DNA of 61,697 bases, the filler included, from Stramenopiles sp. TOSAG23-2 (taxonomy: Eukaryota), in the NCBI GenBank assembly GCA_900128395.1. It is 17 parts of 17 records of this genome, joined end to end, with 100 filler letters (N's around TTAATTAATTAA, not from the genome) between each part and the next. Parts side by side here need not be neighbours in the genome. Positions count along the whole stretch, not along the records: positions 22,287 to 48,098 come from LT649447.1; 16 more parts are not named here. One strand, 5' to 3'. Position numbers and translations under genes: made by a program. Of the stretch, positions 35,201-46,105 are shown piece after piece (positions within the stretch are counted from its first letter, which is position 1; the number at the start of each line of letters is the position of its first letter). Below the pieces are notes generated by a model. That model saw only the letters and a list, made by a program, of their open reading frames with translations, made no database searches and had not been told where the DNA came from.

Positions 35201-36032
35201 GGGTGAAAGACCAGGTATTGCAAAATCTGCTTTCTGGATCTTTTCTGCTGATGCATATAAAATGAAAGGTACAACTGCATATTGCCGTGTTGATACCAAT
35301 GATGCATGGCATAGTTATAGTAAAAAACATTTAGCAGCTAGTCGATGGTCTTGTAAAAGCATGCAAAATCGCCAATCGCCATATGTCATCAATTTGAATT
35401 CGGATACCATGTCTATGGTTGCCATTGCAAATGGTGAAGACTCAAGAACCCATTTCTCTCCTAAAGTTGCAATTAGTGCATCCCGAAAAGGATATGAGGA
35501 AAATAGTATTCTTCTTCGTATTAAAGTGAAAGCAATTATGGAGAAAACTGTTGTTGGGGAAATGATCAAACAAGCTATGCTTCGTTTAATGATTACAGAT
35601 GCATCGGATAGAAGCTTAAAAGTTTGCCGAAATTTAGCAGCATACTCTGCTGGAACTGTTACATATGAAACTCGCCCAAGATATGATGATGATTGCCAAG
35701 ATGTAAAAGCGACTAAAGAAAATGACTGGGCAGCTGTCGATTTGACTGAATGGATGCGTGATTGGGTAACCGATCCAAAGAAAGCTAATTTTGGTATTAC
35801 CATAAGAGGACAAAGTAGAAACTTAGTATCAATAGCTTCACATTTGCATACGGATGCTAACATGAGACCACGTTTAAGTTTATCCTGTCATGGTGATCGT
35901 GTTGCTGCTGAAGCCGTCTTCAAAGAGAAACATGTTTCTTTAAAAACAACAGTAGCAAAAAAACACAAAAATGTTAAAGTTAATAGCCCATCCATGAAAC
36001 TTAGAAGTCATCCTTCTAAATTGAGGAAATAG
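32274..36032 (+). CDS. Large secreted multidomain protein (reelin-like, EGF, VWD, lectin-like, DNRLRE/CBM96-like)
   Basis: Signal peptide; EGF CECSCNSGWVGKRCE; VWD CRSVGDPH...TADG..Y and TVGVCGNF; C-terminal AMLRL..VDLTEWMRDW..P..NFGITI..RPRL.L. Confidence 0.85.
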   Translation: MKLKFLTLLLLIALCLLSTFAKHDDPKEDAEKKEDDDDKAGRIIIDCVKKCKCENTLVNIQKCMKVAQDAGLTPSADELSKEFSTCAKEKLLAKAAREASGESEFGPNRNMPNMTTVLDDDFSRAKNATHLNPNYWETFPSNEEKRVTKLDSVGVKVMSFKYQESTPDLSLKLKEGYGCTGRHTNDTATKQKTMFACQKWCAAEANEDFDLPLKHRRYKNVSSGCEFQGSTGKENCVLRVTCKPAKKQGFGGANFGYKAVVKTLGARVSKNAVVFMGNSHNISGKGVSMDSTGHRALVSKPLNLKDGGVISFWLKDGPDDGGAMCKWDYEKLRREHMEKQARKNAEEKRRSDCYNRGPKGKGCSGHGYGKYESACNNNWYCTKEEDPKIKFDPTCECSCNSGWVGKRCEIRYTTGYCRSVGDPHPNTADGVYYNVYDAGEFKYFEHPESTTEVHALYRMAHPRIAATAAVAVRVCQKKLKEEDRGKCDIISFEAPNCRYGNYKISVSENGKCTQGNLWGRHYRTKNTGVYFHHPWDIYAPDGTRMHTPGWWRYGWAHHKHGAGGCRNGGNCRSWYGCGNWGGYLNAYLWIRAPYDGRTVGVCGNFGGNRGRDYNVMFNSQGHRHHSQWSSSYRDKVSVKAEDSFFKCGSTYDVGYRYSPYRFKSLKANQMVSVAQKMAMSTELLAQEFAEDKLMNKDAGENPMLTRKQAEVKCKAKNKASGGAPMTEEALNNCVQDMMMVNDDSVKKNAVKESEEEIEEAFEEAEADEKDEKQELAAERKLFKPSPVDPVLQYCTGNCERDSNWKQIRAITNKIYSDFVQDWKEFTAKIPNDAMTKTTRIRFYQKKHECYCCDIFAINDVKIVTGGWPIRIAADKAFTLYGDGKELGKGEWYEPAKDTYRYRVNQKTKIFGVKIEGADEGRMGVIASIGDSIVTSSSWRCKTGLTAQEARDFTKPSFDAALWPPAFEEGNNGILPWGERPGIAKSAFWIFSADAYKMKGTTAYCRVDTNDAWHSYSKKHLAASRWSCKSMQNRQSPYVINLNSDTMSMVAIANGEDSRTHFSPKVAISASRKGYEENSILLRIKVKAIMEKTVVGEMIKQAMLRLMITDASDRSLKVCRNLAAYSAGTVTYETRPRYDDDCQDVKATKENDWAAVDLTEWMRDWVTDPKKANFGITIRGQSRNLVSIASHLHTDANMRPRLSLSCHGDRVAAEAVFKEKHVSLKTTVAKKHKNVKVNSPSMKLRSHPSKLRK

Positions 36033-36641
36033 ATTTTTCAAAACAAGTTATATATATATGTTAGTTAGCAATTAGGTCAGTGTTGGAGAGATTTTCGAAG
36101 TCGTATTTTAATTTTTACTAAAAAAAACTTAGAAGTCATCCTTCTAAATTGAGGAAATAGATTTTTCAAAACAAGTTATATATGTTAGTTAGCAATTAGG
36201 TCAGTGTTGGAGAGATTTTCGAAGTCGTATTTTAATTTTTACTAAAAAATATAAAAAAAATTTATTATTTTATAAAAATATATAAAAAATAAAAATACGA
36301 AGTATATTATATTATATCATCCATCATAGTATGCATAAAACTACCAGAGGTCAATAGCGTATACCATTTCAATTTATACCAAACTTTCTTCTCGTCTATG
36401 TTCATGCGTCCTAGTTTCCCTTCTTCTATCCCATTCATCCTTTCTTGAAATTGCTGATAAATATGCTTTAGCACTTAACTTAGCACTGACACAGCAGTGG
36501 ATATTTTTACATTGACTCTTAGCTCAGCGCTCTCAATATTTTAAAAATATAAAAAATAAAAATACGGAAGTATATTATATTATATCATCCATCATAGTAT
36601 GCATAAAACTACCAGAGGTCAATAGCGTATACCATTTCAAT

Positions 36642-38638
36642 TTATACCAAACTTTCTTCTCGTCTATGTTCATGCGTCCTAGTTTCCCTTCTTCTATCCC
36701 ATTCATCCTTTCTTGAAATTGCTGATAAATATGCTTTAGCACTAGCTACTATTATATCAATATTTGCACCAACGCCCATAAATTGTCTTTTTCCCTTCTT
36801 CTATCCCATTCATCCTTTCTTGAAATTGCTGATAAATATGCTTTAGCACTAGCTACTATTATATCAATATTTGCACCAACGCCCATAAATTGTCTTTGTT
36901 TCAATGCATTTGATTGCGGGTTTTTCAACGTTGGTGCAGCATCTTCTGGTGCAATTCTAACAGTTACGGTACCAATGGAATCAACACCAGGGCTTAAAAC
37001 ACGTATCGAATATTCAGTCATTCTACAATTTATTTTCGTAATATTGTCTATAGCTCTAAATACGGCATCAACAGGACCGCTACCAAGGCTAACATCGCTG
37101 TATTCCTTTCCATCAATATCTCTAATTGTTATGGTTGCCGTCGGTTTGACTTGATCTCCAGCTGTCACATGCAATCCAACTAACTCCCATCTAACAACCG
37201 GGTGGTAAATTTCATCAAATATTACTGCTTCTATATCACCATCTGTTACAACCTTTTTCTCATCCGCTATTTCTTTAAATTTTAAAACCAATCTATCAAT
37301 ATCGCTCATAGTTAGATTATCATATCCTAACGCATCGAGTCGATCTGCATATGCACTTCTTCCACTGTGTTTTCCTAATACTAAATTATTTTTAGTTACA
37401 CCTACTGATTCTGGATCAATAATTTCGTAACTTTGACGATGTTTCAATACACCATCTTGATGGATACCAGCCTCATGTGCAAATGCATTGATGCCAACAA
37501 TCGCTTTATTCGGTTGAACTACCATACCAGTTAATGAGGAAACCATTTTACTTGTCACAGTTATACGCCGTGTATCAACGAAACAATGTACTGGGAATTT
37601 TTCTGGCCTAGTTGCAATTGCCATCACGACTTCTTCTAAACACGTGTTACCTGCACGTTCTCCAATACCATTGCACGTCAATTCAACTTGGCGAACACCG
37701 TGGGTTATGGCTTCAAGGGTATTTGCAGATGCCAATCCTAAATCGTCGTGGCAATGTGCGCTGAAAATTACATTTTCACTTCCAGGACAATTTTCTTTTA
37801 AATATGTAACAAGTGCACCTAATTCATGTGGCAAGATATATCCGACTGTATCTGGGACATTTATTGTAGTTGCTCCAGCATCGATAACAGCAGTAATAAC
37901 GTCGACTAAAAATTTAGGATCAGTACGACATGCATCCTCTGCGGAAAATTCAACGTCTCCTGTATTCGTATCGAGAAGATCAAGCGCGTATTTAACAGCA
38001 TTGTAACTTCGTTCGATGCATTCATGGCGTGATATGTGTAATTTATGTTCAAGGTGTATATCACTTGTTGCTAAAAATGTATGAATGCGATGTAAAGGTG
38101 CTTCTTTTACTGCACGATAACAACTTTCGATGTCTTTTTCCTTTGCACGTGCTAAACCAGCAATTCGCATTGGATTTTCTTGTGGGCGAAACTCTTGTCC
38201 TATGTTTCCAACTTCCTTTGCAATCAATTGAACCGCTTCAAAATCTCCTGGTGAAGAAATTGGAAATCCAGCCTCGCAAATATCTACACCTAATAATGCT
38301 AAATTTCTAGCAATTTTTAATTTTTCCTCGACATTCAACGTAGCACCAGGTGACTGTTCACCATCCCTAAGTGTTGTATCAAATATAAAAAGTCGATCAG
38401 TATTTTTTTCATCACCAACAGCTTTTATATCATCCGCATTTAACGGTGGTGGAGCAGCACTTGTGGTATAATTATTCCATACTGTTTTTATATTTTGGTT
38501 GTCATTTTTATTACAAAATAGTGTTATTTTTTTACCATAATGTTGATAATTATTATTTTTTTTAAAAAATAATTTTTTATTCGACATGTATCTACATGAT
38601 GATGATAATTGAGAAGGCTTCAAAAATTGTTTCAACAT
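36642..38638 (-). CDS. leuA: 2-isopropylmalate synthase with organellar (likely mitochondrial) presequence; true C-terminus ...RRRETRTHEHRREESLV lies in the duplicated copy
   Basis: IFDTTLRDGEQSPG, HCHDDLG, NGIGERAGN, AHEAGIHQDG, LGKHSGR, GSGPVDA regulatory domain. Confidence 0.95.
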
Positions 38639-39616
38639 CTTTTTTTATCAATGCACTGTATTCTTAAATAAAAAATAATTTTTTATTCGACATGTATCTA
38701 CATGATGATGATAATTGAGAAGGCTTCAAAAATTGTTTCAACATCTTTTTTTATCAATGCACTGTATTCTTAAATATCAGTTTATAGCCATATATATATA
38801 TAGATAGATAGATAGATTATATATGTCTATTTAATGTCTAACAACCAATTACAAATAAGAAACAGTAGTTATAATTCTAATAATAATATAAATAATAAAA
38901 AACGCATAAACGAGATGATCGCACGATCGACGATCGGCGTGTCATGAGAAATGTCTTATTATGGTTTCCCAATGCTATTCCCCTACTAATACAGCTTTTA
39001 GCTATTGCCAGATTGCACAATGAGGCTTTTATTGTGAATTTAGCTTTTCGCTCAAAAAAAAGGCGTCAACAAAAAACAACTCTAGAAAAAAACGATGTGT
39101 ATTATCTTCGAATACAATGCTATACACATACTATTTTTAAAAATCAATAGTGTATCGTTTTAATTATTAGACAGGATCGAGGCTGTCCCCAAAAAAAAAA
39201 GTTAAAAAAAAAAAGTAAAAAAAAAGAGTAAGATATTTTCTCTGACTCTAAATAACTCTCTCACAAAAATCATATATAATACCAGGTGACGAAATTAGCA
39301 CATTACTGTACCTGGTCGGTATACTATGATTATTGTAATCCTGGTAATGCTGGACTGCACTAACCAGTATTACACATCATGTGGATATTTGATGGATACA
39401 TAAACCATATATTATACATAAAACGAATACAAGCATCGTGAAACATATAAAATATTATTTGCTGCGTACAAAGATATACATACATACATGTGCGTAGATA
39501 TATACATCTAGATAAACATATTAACATCTATATATATATATATACCACAATTTTCATTTTTTCATCAATTTGCCAGAGAAATTTATAATTTACGTACATA
39601 CGTATTAGAAAGAAAG

Positions 39617-40655
39617 ATGGGAAACGAAATCACAATGTGTGTAGAGCCTGAAAATGAAGCTGCTGAAAGACGTTTTTGGAGAAAAGAATATCATGGAAAT
39701 GTTAATTTTATTAATTTTAAAAACAATACAGAATCTGATGTAAACAGTGTGGGAAAATTCAAAGTTGATAATGAAAGTCGATATGAACGGATTAACATTG
39801 GTGATTTTGGTGTCTTAAACGATGATGATTTTTTAGCAGAGGAAGGTGATCAATTGTCCAACGCAATGGAGGAAGATGTGAAAAGTAAAATTTCATCTTT
39901 GTTTATATCAACCTTTCCATTGTCCATGTTAAATGAACCATCAAGACAAAAAATTTTAGGTTTAATGTAATGATTGATAGGAATGGATATGCAAAAGTAA
40001 TCGATTTAGGATTTGCAAGAATATTGAAATCTGGGGAACGCACGTACACCTTCTTAGGCACTCCAGAAATGTAATGATTGATAGGAATGGATATGCAAAA
40101 GTAATCGATTTAGGATTTGCAAGAATATTGAAATCTGGGGAACGCACGTACACCTTCTTAGGCACTCCAGATTATATGGCACCGGAAATCATACGTCGTA
40201 TGGGTTATGGATTTAGTGTTGATTATTTTGCATTAGGAGTTTTAATATTTGAAAAAATACATGGATATTCATTATTTAGTGATAAAGGAAAGCATCGTAA
40301 TCAAAGTCATTTGTTTCAACATTGTGTTGAATGGGGTCAAGATGAGAAAAAACAACAATTGAAACAATTAAACAAAGTAGATCCAGATGCGGTCGATATT
40401 ATACTACAATTGACGCAAAGAAATGAAAATCGTAGATTAGGAGCAGGACGAGGTGCAAAAATAATTAAAGAACATCCATTTTTTTCGAATTCAATTGATT
40501 TTGAGGACTTACGAAAAGGAAAATATAAGCCAGCAAAAGATATATGGATACCACCATCCGATATGAAGAAAGTTATTAATAACTTTAGGAAAAAATATCG
40601 ATATCAAGCACCAGAGGAATATGATGGTGATAATAATTGGTGTAAACATTGGTGA
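39617..40655 (+). CDS. Second PKG/PKA-like kinase with its middle missing (N-terminus joined to kinase C-lobe near 39965)
   Basis: MGNEITMC start, then NVMIDRNGYAKVIDLGFA, TFLGTPDYMAPE, RRLG, HPFF. The junction coincides with a ~104-bp tandem duplication. Confidence 0.7.
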
Positions 40656-41476
40656 ATATTGATGAAAAATGTGAAAATAAGCATTAAATAAAACGAAAAA
40701 AATATAATAAAACCGAAAAACGGTACACCAGAGGAATATGATGGTGATAATAATTGGTGTAAACATTGGTGAATATTGATTTGAAAAGTGTGAAAATAAG
40801 CATAAATAAAACGAAAAAAATATATAATAAAACCGAAAAACGGTAAAAGAAATGTGAGAGGAAGAAAACTTTAATGTGTGATGTGTGTGTCTTTTTAAAA
40901 ATACAATGTGTTGTGTGGGGCAAATTGAAACATACGAAAGCGTATATATATATATTAAAAATATAAAAATTATTATATATATATAAAAAATTCTCTTTTA
41001 TTGGTGTAAACATTGGTGAATATTGATTTGAAAAGTGTGAAAATAAGCATAAATAAAACGAAAAAAATATATAATAAAACCGAAAAACGGTAAAAGAAAT
41101 GTGAGAGGAAGAAAACTTTAATGTGTGATGTGTGTGTCTTTTTAAAAATACAATATGTTGTGTGGGGCAAATTGAAACTATACGAAAGCGTATATATTAT
41201 TAATGATATTAAAAATTATTATATTGAAATATAAAATATTTTTTTTACGGCTTCGTATATTTTTTTAAAAATATCTTTTTATATATTTTTCAAAATACTC
41301 TCTATCATAATAGAATACTGAAAAAAAATCATTTTTGAGGCAATCCATATTTTGCATACAAACTTATTTGTGCAATACTTGCAGCTAAGCCGGCTAAATT
41401 TGGACCCCATACATAAGCATCATCAATGACGAAGAACCCGTAACTACTCCAACAAACACAATTGATAAAAAAAAAA

Positions 41477-42394
41477 TCATTTTTGAGGCAATCCATATTT
41501 TGCATACAAACTTATTTGTGCAATACTTGCAGCTAAGCCGGCTAAATTTGGACCCCATACATAAGCATCATCAATGACGAAGAACCCGTAACTACTCCAA
41601 CAAACACAATTGATAAATGTTGCTAATGTAAATGCAACTGGTAAACTATTAGTATTTTCATCATCAATAACTGTTTTAATAGCTCCTAATGGCCCTCCAA
41701 ACATAGTTGCGACAATACCACAACCAAAGATTCCAATTGTATCAATAGCAGCAGCAGTATCCATTGTAGTAGCAACACTTATACAAAAGCCAATACCAGC
41801 AACAACGCCGCCATAATATGGGATCATATTTTTTTGCGTATATAAACTATATGTATATGTATAATAAGCACCAAAGAAAAATCCTGAAATATTTGGTAAT
41901 ATAATAGTTGGATCTCCTTTAAGCATGCCGTATATAACCCATAAGGCCCCATTCACTGTCATAGCTGCATATGGAATTGGACTTACATCTCCTGTGCTTT
42001 TATCAGTCTTAAATTGTTTCATAGCTGCTAAAGGTGCTAAAAAAACAAATTGACATGCAATTGGAGGAGCAACTTTGAGAAAAGTTACAATAGATGCAGG
42101 GAGTGCAACACTTGAAGTTGCCGTGACAGGGGATATTGCTGTTATTGGTAAAGAACCACATGCTGCCAATGTTGAGTTATTGAAGGTAAATAAGTTTGAT
42201 ATTGAGGACGAGGAAAGTTGTTGTATATGTTCGTCTTCTTCCTTATCCAAGAAACATATCTTTTTATTATTATTACAACTATTATCTATTAATTTATTAT
42301 AATTTGCAACAGCAGCTTTATAATTCAATTTACTTTTTGCATGTTTAATGAAAGAACGCTTTGTCGTTGTTTTTAATATCGTAGATAAAAACAT
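41477..42394 (-). CDS. SWEET: SWEET (MtN3/saliva) sugar transporter with ~95-aa N-terminal extension
   Basis: FLAPL...KSTGDVSPIPY...NGALWVIYG...PN; MFGGPL..IKTVI...T.SLP...W..YG..I.D.YVWGPN..G. Confidence 0.9.
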   Translation of the reverse strand: MFLSTILKTTTKRSFIKHAKSKLNYKAAVANYNKLIDNSCNNNKKICFLDKEEDEHIQQLSSSSISNLFTFNNSTLAACGSLPITAISPVTATSSVALPASIVTFLKVAPPIACQFVFLAPLAAMKQFKTDKSTGDVSPIPYAAMTVNGALWVIYGMLKGDPTIILPNISGFFFGAYYTYTYSLYTQKNMIPYYGGVVAGIGFCISVATTMDTAAAIDTIGIFGCGIVATMFGGPLGAIKTVIDDENTNSLPVAFTLATFINCVCWSSYGFFVIDDAYVWGPNLAGLAASIAQISLYAKYGLPQK

Positions 42395-42499
42395 AATTAT
42401 TGTACTTTTCCTCGCTAAATATTGTTGATATTTAAATGTATTTGTTGTTCTTTTTTAATGTTTGGTATATTTTCCTATATTTCAATCTGTTTATTCTTT

Positions 42500-45400
42500 T
42501 TATTCTTTTTGTATTTTTAATTCCAGTTGTGTTAATAATTTCATTTGCTCCAATTGTCGTTTTAAATCATTGTTTTGCACTTTGTATTTCTCCCCATCAT
42601 CATCTGCATTGCCACCACTGTTGCGAATACGAGTTTTTAACTTTTGAACTTGTTTTCCTAAATCTTCCATAACAATTTTATTTTCCTCTGACATAATACG
42701 TTCTTGTATCAATGAATTTTCTAAATTTTCAACGTTAATTCTGTACATCTCTTCTTCTGTCATTGTAACAATTTCATTGGTTTCTTTTTTGCTAAATTTT
42801 AAAGGGTTGTCGTGCTTGCTGCCTATGGGAGCACCGTATACTTCAACTTCTACTGATTCTTTGGATAATACATGGCAAAAACTTGGTGTAATTTTTTTCT
42901 CAAATAAAAATGTTGATTTTGGAAAGGATGGATTTTTCGTTTCTTTTCCACATGCTTCTGTTTTGAATATTTCATGCCTATCCGTGCCATCATCATCGTC
43001 GTGATCATCCATTGATGATGGAAATTTAAATTGTGCATATACATTGCTACACATTTCTTCTGGCAATGATTGTGCAGATATTATATGCACATTAAATTTA
43101 AACAATTGATTTGTAAAATCTTTAATATTTTTCTCCCCTTCGTCATGAATACTATTTAATTGTAAATCAAGTTCATTGACTGAAATTGGTGCAATCTTTA
43201 TACTAATTGATCCACAATTATTACCACGATAATCAATTAATGGTATTGTATCTTCAAAATCTAAAAAGTATGATAATGAGTCTAAATATATTAATGATCG
43301 TCCTAGTAATTGATGTTGCATGTAATCACTAAATGGATCTTTCGTTTTACTATATTTAATTTTCATTGTTGATATCGATTTACGCTTGTTTGATTTCGTA
43401 TCAACTGTATACATATATTCATTATACATTTGTCGCATTAAATGTAAACGAAGTATAAATTTATCATGGTTCCATACCACTGGTATATTATGTTTCTTCT
43501 TTTTTGAACTTGATGGTTGCATCAATTCAATGTATACATCATTATCAAAAACTTTCAATTGAAAATCTAAATTTTTTTTATCAAATATATTTAAATATGT
43601 CTTTCCCTCGACAAGTAATGGCAAGATGCTGTATAATTTTGTTAATAAATTGTTAAATCTACGTTTATACAAATCGCATTTCGTACTTTCAGTTTTGTGA
43701 TATGTCAACTCATCCTCTAATCTTTTTTCCAAACGCTTCCTTCGCGTGCGTATCTTTTCAGCTTCTATTCCTTTTGCTGAACTTAATTTTACTTTACCTT
43801 CGTTGATCATAAATTCAATTTTATCCATTTTTTCTCCAATTTCATTTACTTTAGTTTCAAAAACTTCAATGTCCTTTAAGCCTGCCTTAGTATATTTTGC
43901 AAGATCTTCATCAAATAATTCTTTTATGGCGTAATACCAATCGTAATTTGTATTATTCTTCGAAATGTCATTATTGCTTTCTTTTTCCTCTTTGGCTTGT
44001 TTCTTTCCCTTCTTTTTTCCTTTTATAGCTGCTTCTTCAGGCTCTGGTATTTGTACTAAAAATACTACATCATTGCCTAAAATTAAACGATCGTTATGCT
44101 TTAATCTTGGTGGAATTGCTTTGCGTGGAATTGCCCCAGGTGTTTTCGGTGGCTCATATAGTGTAATCAATTTACCATTAACATGTGATTTACTTTCTAA
44201 ACCATTTAGAAATATTAAATACCCTTTGTCATTTTTAATAGTACAATGTTCATTATCGACTTTTAATCCATTCATACTTATGTCACAACTTTTACTTGTA
44301 TTACTTGTACCTTTCAGACCAATTGTTGTTTCGCCTTTCGGTAATAAATATATAAATTTGTTTGATATATTTATTGCATCTTTATGTAAACTTATTAAAT
44401 GTGGTGTACGAGATAAAATATGTTCATTGATACTATCTGACAAGCCATACTTAAACAATACATCAATTTGTTTTTGTATCCTCTCATTAGATATTTTGCT
44501 TTTTTCCTCATCAAGTGTATTTAACTCGTCTAACCATGATACATCTTCTTCCATTTGCGTATTTAATTTAGATTTATATAATTCTAATTTTAATATTTTT
44601 TCACGTTTATCTAATGCATTTTTTGCTTTTTCCTCTATCGTTAAATTGCCAAATTTACTTTCCCCTGTTTCACTACTTTCTTCATCATCTTCATTGTTGC
44701 TCCCGCCATCTTTCGTCTCTATTTCTTGTTTTAATTTTTTTTCCGTCGTATTTAACTCTTTCATTAAATAGATCATTTCAGCATTTAAACCTTTAATCAT
44801 TCTATATGTTTTATTTTTATTTGGCACGGCACGATTACGTATAAATCGAACGTTCGACAAGAACGTCAACGTATTAAATGTTTCTAAATAATTCAAATTG
44901 GATGGTGCAATCGTACCAAATACATATGTATGGCTATTACCACCAAAACAATTTTTTATAATCTTAGTCAATGTTGAATTACGATATGGAACTGGCAATG
45001 GTTTATGTGCATTAACAGTATTGTTTTGCGATATAATTTTCACAACATGTTGAAATGAATTTATGGATGTATTGACATTTGTTTGGCTAAACATTTTATC
45101 TGTCTCTGCATCAATTAATTTGCCACCACGATCACTGCCAGCTAAATCAATTATACTGATTGTGCTACTTAATTCATCTATATTCATGAAATAATCTTCA
45201 TCTGTTTCAATATCTAACTCTGTATTTTCAATGATTTTTGTAAAATTGATCTCTACTATTGTATGTTTACGTGTATGGTCATTTAAATGTTTCATTGTAT
45301 AAATTGTTTGAATTTGTCGTCCACGATTTATCATAGCATTTAAACTGCTTACATCATTCACACATGTTTTCGTTAAATTTTTGATATATAATCCATGTCT

Positions 45401-46105
45401 AGGATGTTGTTTTGTTTTTAAACTATTGACATTATCATCACTATTGTTATAATTAGTATTGCTAATGATGTTATCTGGATTTAATAAATCAATAATATTT
45501 TCATCATATATCTCATACATGGAAACTTCTACTACAAACCTTGTCAATAAATATCTATCTTTCCCACGACCTTTTCCTTTTTCTTTGTTAATGCGATCAA
45601 ACATATCATTGGATAGGTTAGATATGAGACCTGGTGTATTCTTAGCTCCATTCAATGTATACGATTTACCACTACCAGTTTCTCCATATGCTAAAATATT
45701 GATATTATAACCATTAAACATATTTTCAATAACGTTTGAACCAAAGTTTGCATCTTTCCATATAGTATTTTGCGTTGCATATGATGGTGCAGTTTTTGGT
45801 ACAAAAGAATTGAATACTTTATTAAATGTAAAGTTTTGAAACGTATTGTCCTGCACATTCTTTAAACGTACCGTATTTGGCATTTGTGATTTATTATCAT
45901 TATCATTCACTTTACTGTTACTTTTTTGGCCACTACTGCTTTTATTTTTATTATTATTATTATTTACTTCTTCTACGTTTCTTAATTGTATAATACATTT
46001 CACACCTTCTTTAATTTCCTTGTTTTTCTCCATATCGACTTCATAATCATATGCATATGGTCGCACACGTATGTATACTTGTACTTTATTGTGTGCATTA
46101 TCCAT
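42500..46105 (-). CDS. Kinesin-3-like protein (motor, coiled coil, FHA, C2-like) with divergent switch motifs
   Basis: VYIRVRP, AYGETGSGKSYT, VPYRNSTLT, FGGNS.T; FHA ..HC.I....HVNG..LKHNDRLILG. Confidence 0.88.
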   Translation of the reverse strand: MDNAHNKVQVYIRVRPYAYDYEVDMEKNKEIKEGVKCIIQLRNVEEVNNNNNKNKSSSGQKSNSKVNDNDNKSQMPNTVRLKNVQDNTFQNFTFNKVFNSFVPKTAPSYATQNTIWKDANFGSNVIENMFNGYNINILAYGETGSGKSYTLNGAKNTPGLISNLSNDMFDRINKEKGKGRGKDRYLLTRFVVEVSMYEIYDENIIDLLNPDNIISNTNYNNSDDNVNSLKTKQHPRHGLYIKNLTKTCVNDVSSLNAMINRGRQIQTIYTMKHLNDHTRKHTIVEINFTKIIENTELDIETDEDYFMNIDELSSTISIIDLAGSDRGGKLIDAETDKMFSQTNVNTSINSFQHVVKIISQNNTVNAHKPLPVPYRNSTLTKIIKNCFGGNSHTYVFGTIAPSNLNYLETFNTLTFLSNVRFIRNRAVPNKNKTYRMIKGLNAEMIYLMKELNTTEKKLKQEIETKDGGSNNEDDEESSETGESKFGNLTIEEKAKNALDKREKILKLELYKSKLNTQMEEDVSWLDELNTLDEEKSKISNERIQKQIDVLFKYGLSDSINEHILSRTPHLISLHKDAINISNKFIYLLPKGETTIGLKGTSNTSKSCDISMNGLKVDNEHCTIKNDKGYLIFLNGLESKSHVNGKLITLYEPPKTPGAIPRKAIPPRLKHNDRLILGNDVVFLVQIPEPEEAAIKGKKKGKKQAKEEKESNNDISKNNTNYDWYYAIKELFDEDLAKYTKAGLKDIEVFETKVNEIGEKMDKIEFMINEGKVKLSSAKGIEAEKIRTRRKRLEKRLEDELTYHKTESTKCDLYKRRFNNLLTKLYSILPLLVEGKTYLNIFDKKNLDFQLKVFDNDVYIELMQPSSSKKKKHNIPVVWNHDKFILRLHLMRQMYNEYMYTVDTKSNKRKSISTMKIKYSKTKDPFSDYMQHQLLGRSLIYLDSLSYFLDFEDTIPLIDYRGNNCGSISIKIAPISVNELDLQLNSIHDEGEKNIKDFTNQLFKFNVHIISAQSLPEEMCSNVYAQFKFPSSMDDHDDDDGTDRHEIFKTEACGKETKNPSFPKSTFLFEKKITPSFCHVLSKESVEVEVYGAPIGSKHDNPLKFSKKETNEIVTMTEEEMYRINVENLENSLIQERIMSEENKIVMEDLGKQVQKLKTRIRNSGGNADDDGEKYKVQNNDLKRQLEQMKLLTQLELKIQKE

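Noticed and set aside
36752-36790. LeuA C-terminus KDNLWALVQILI
   Set aside because: Out-of-frame read-through into a duplicated segment; the adjacent copy gives the coherent ending.
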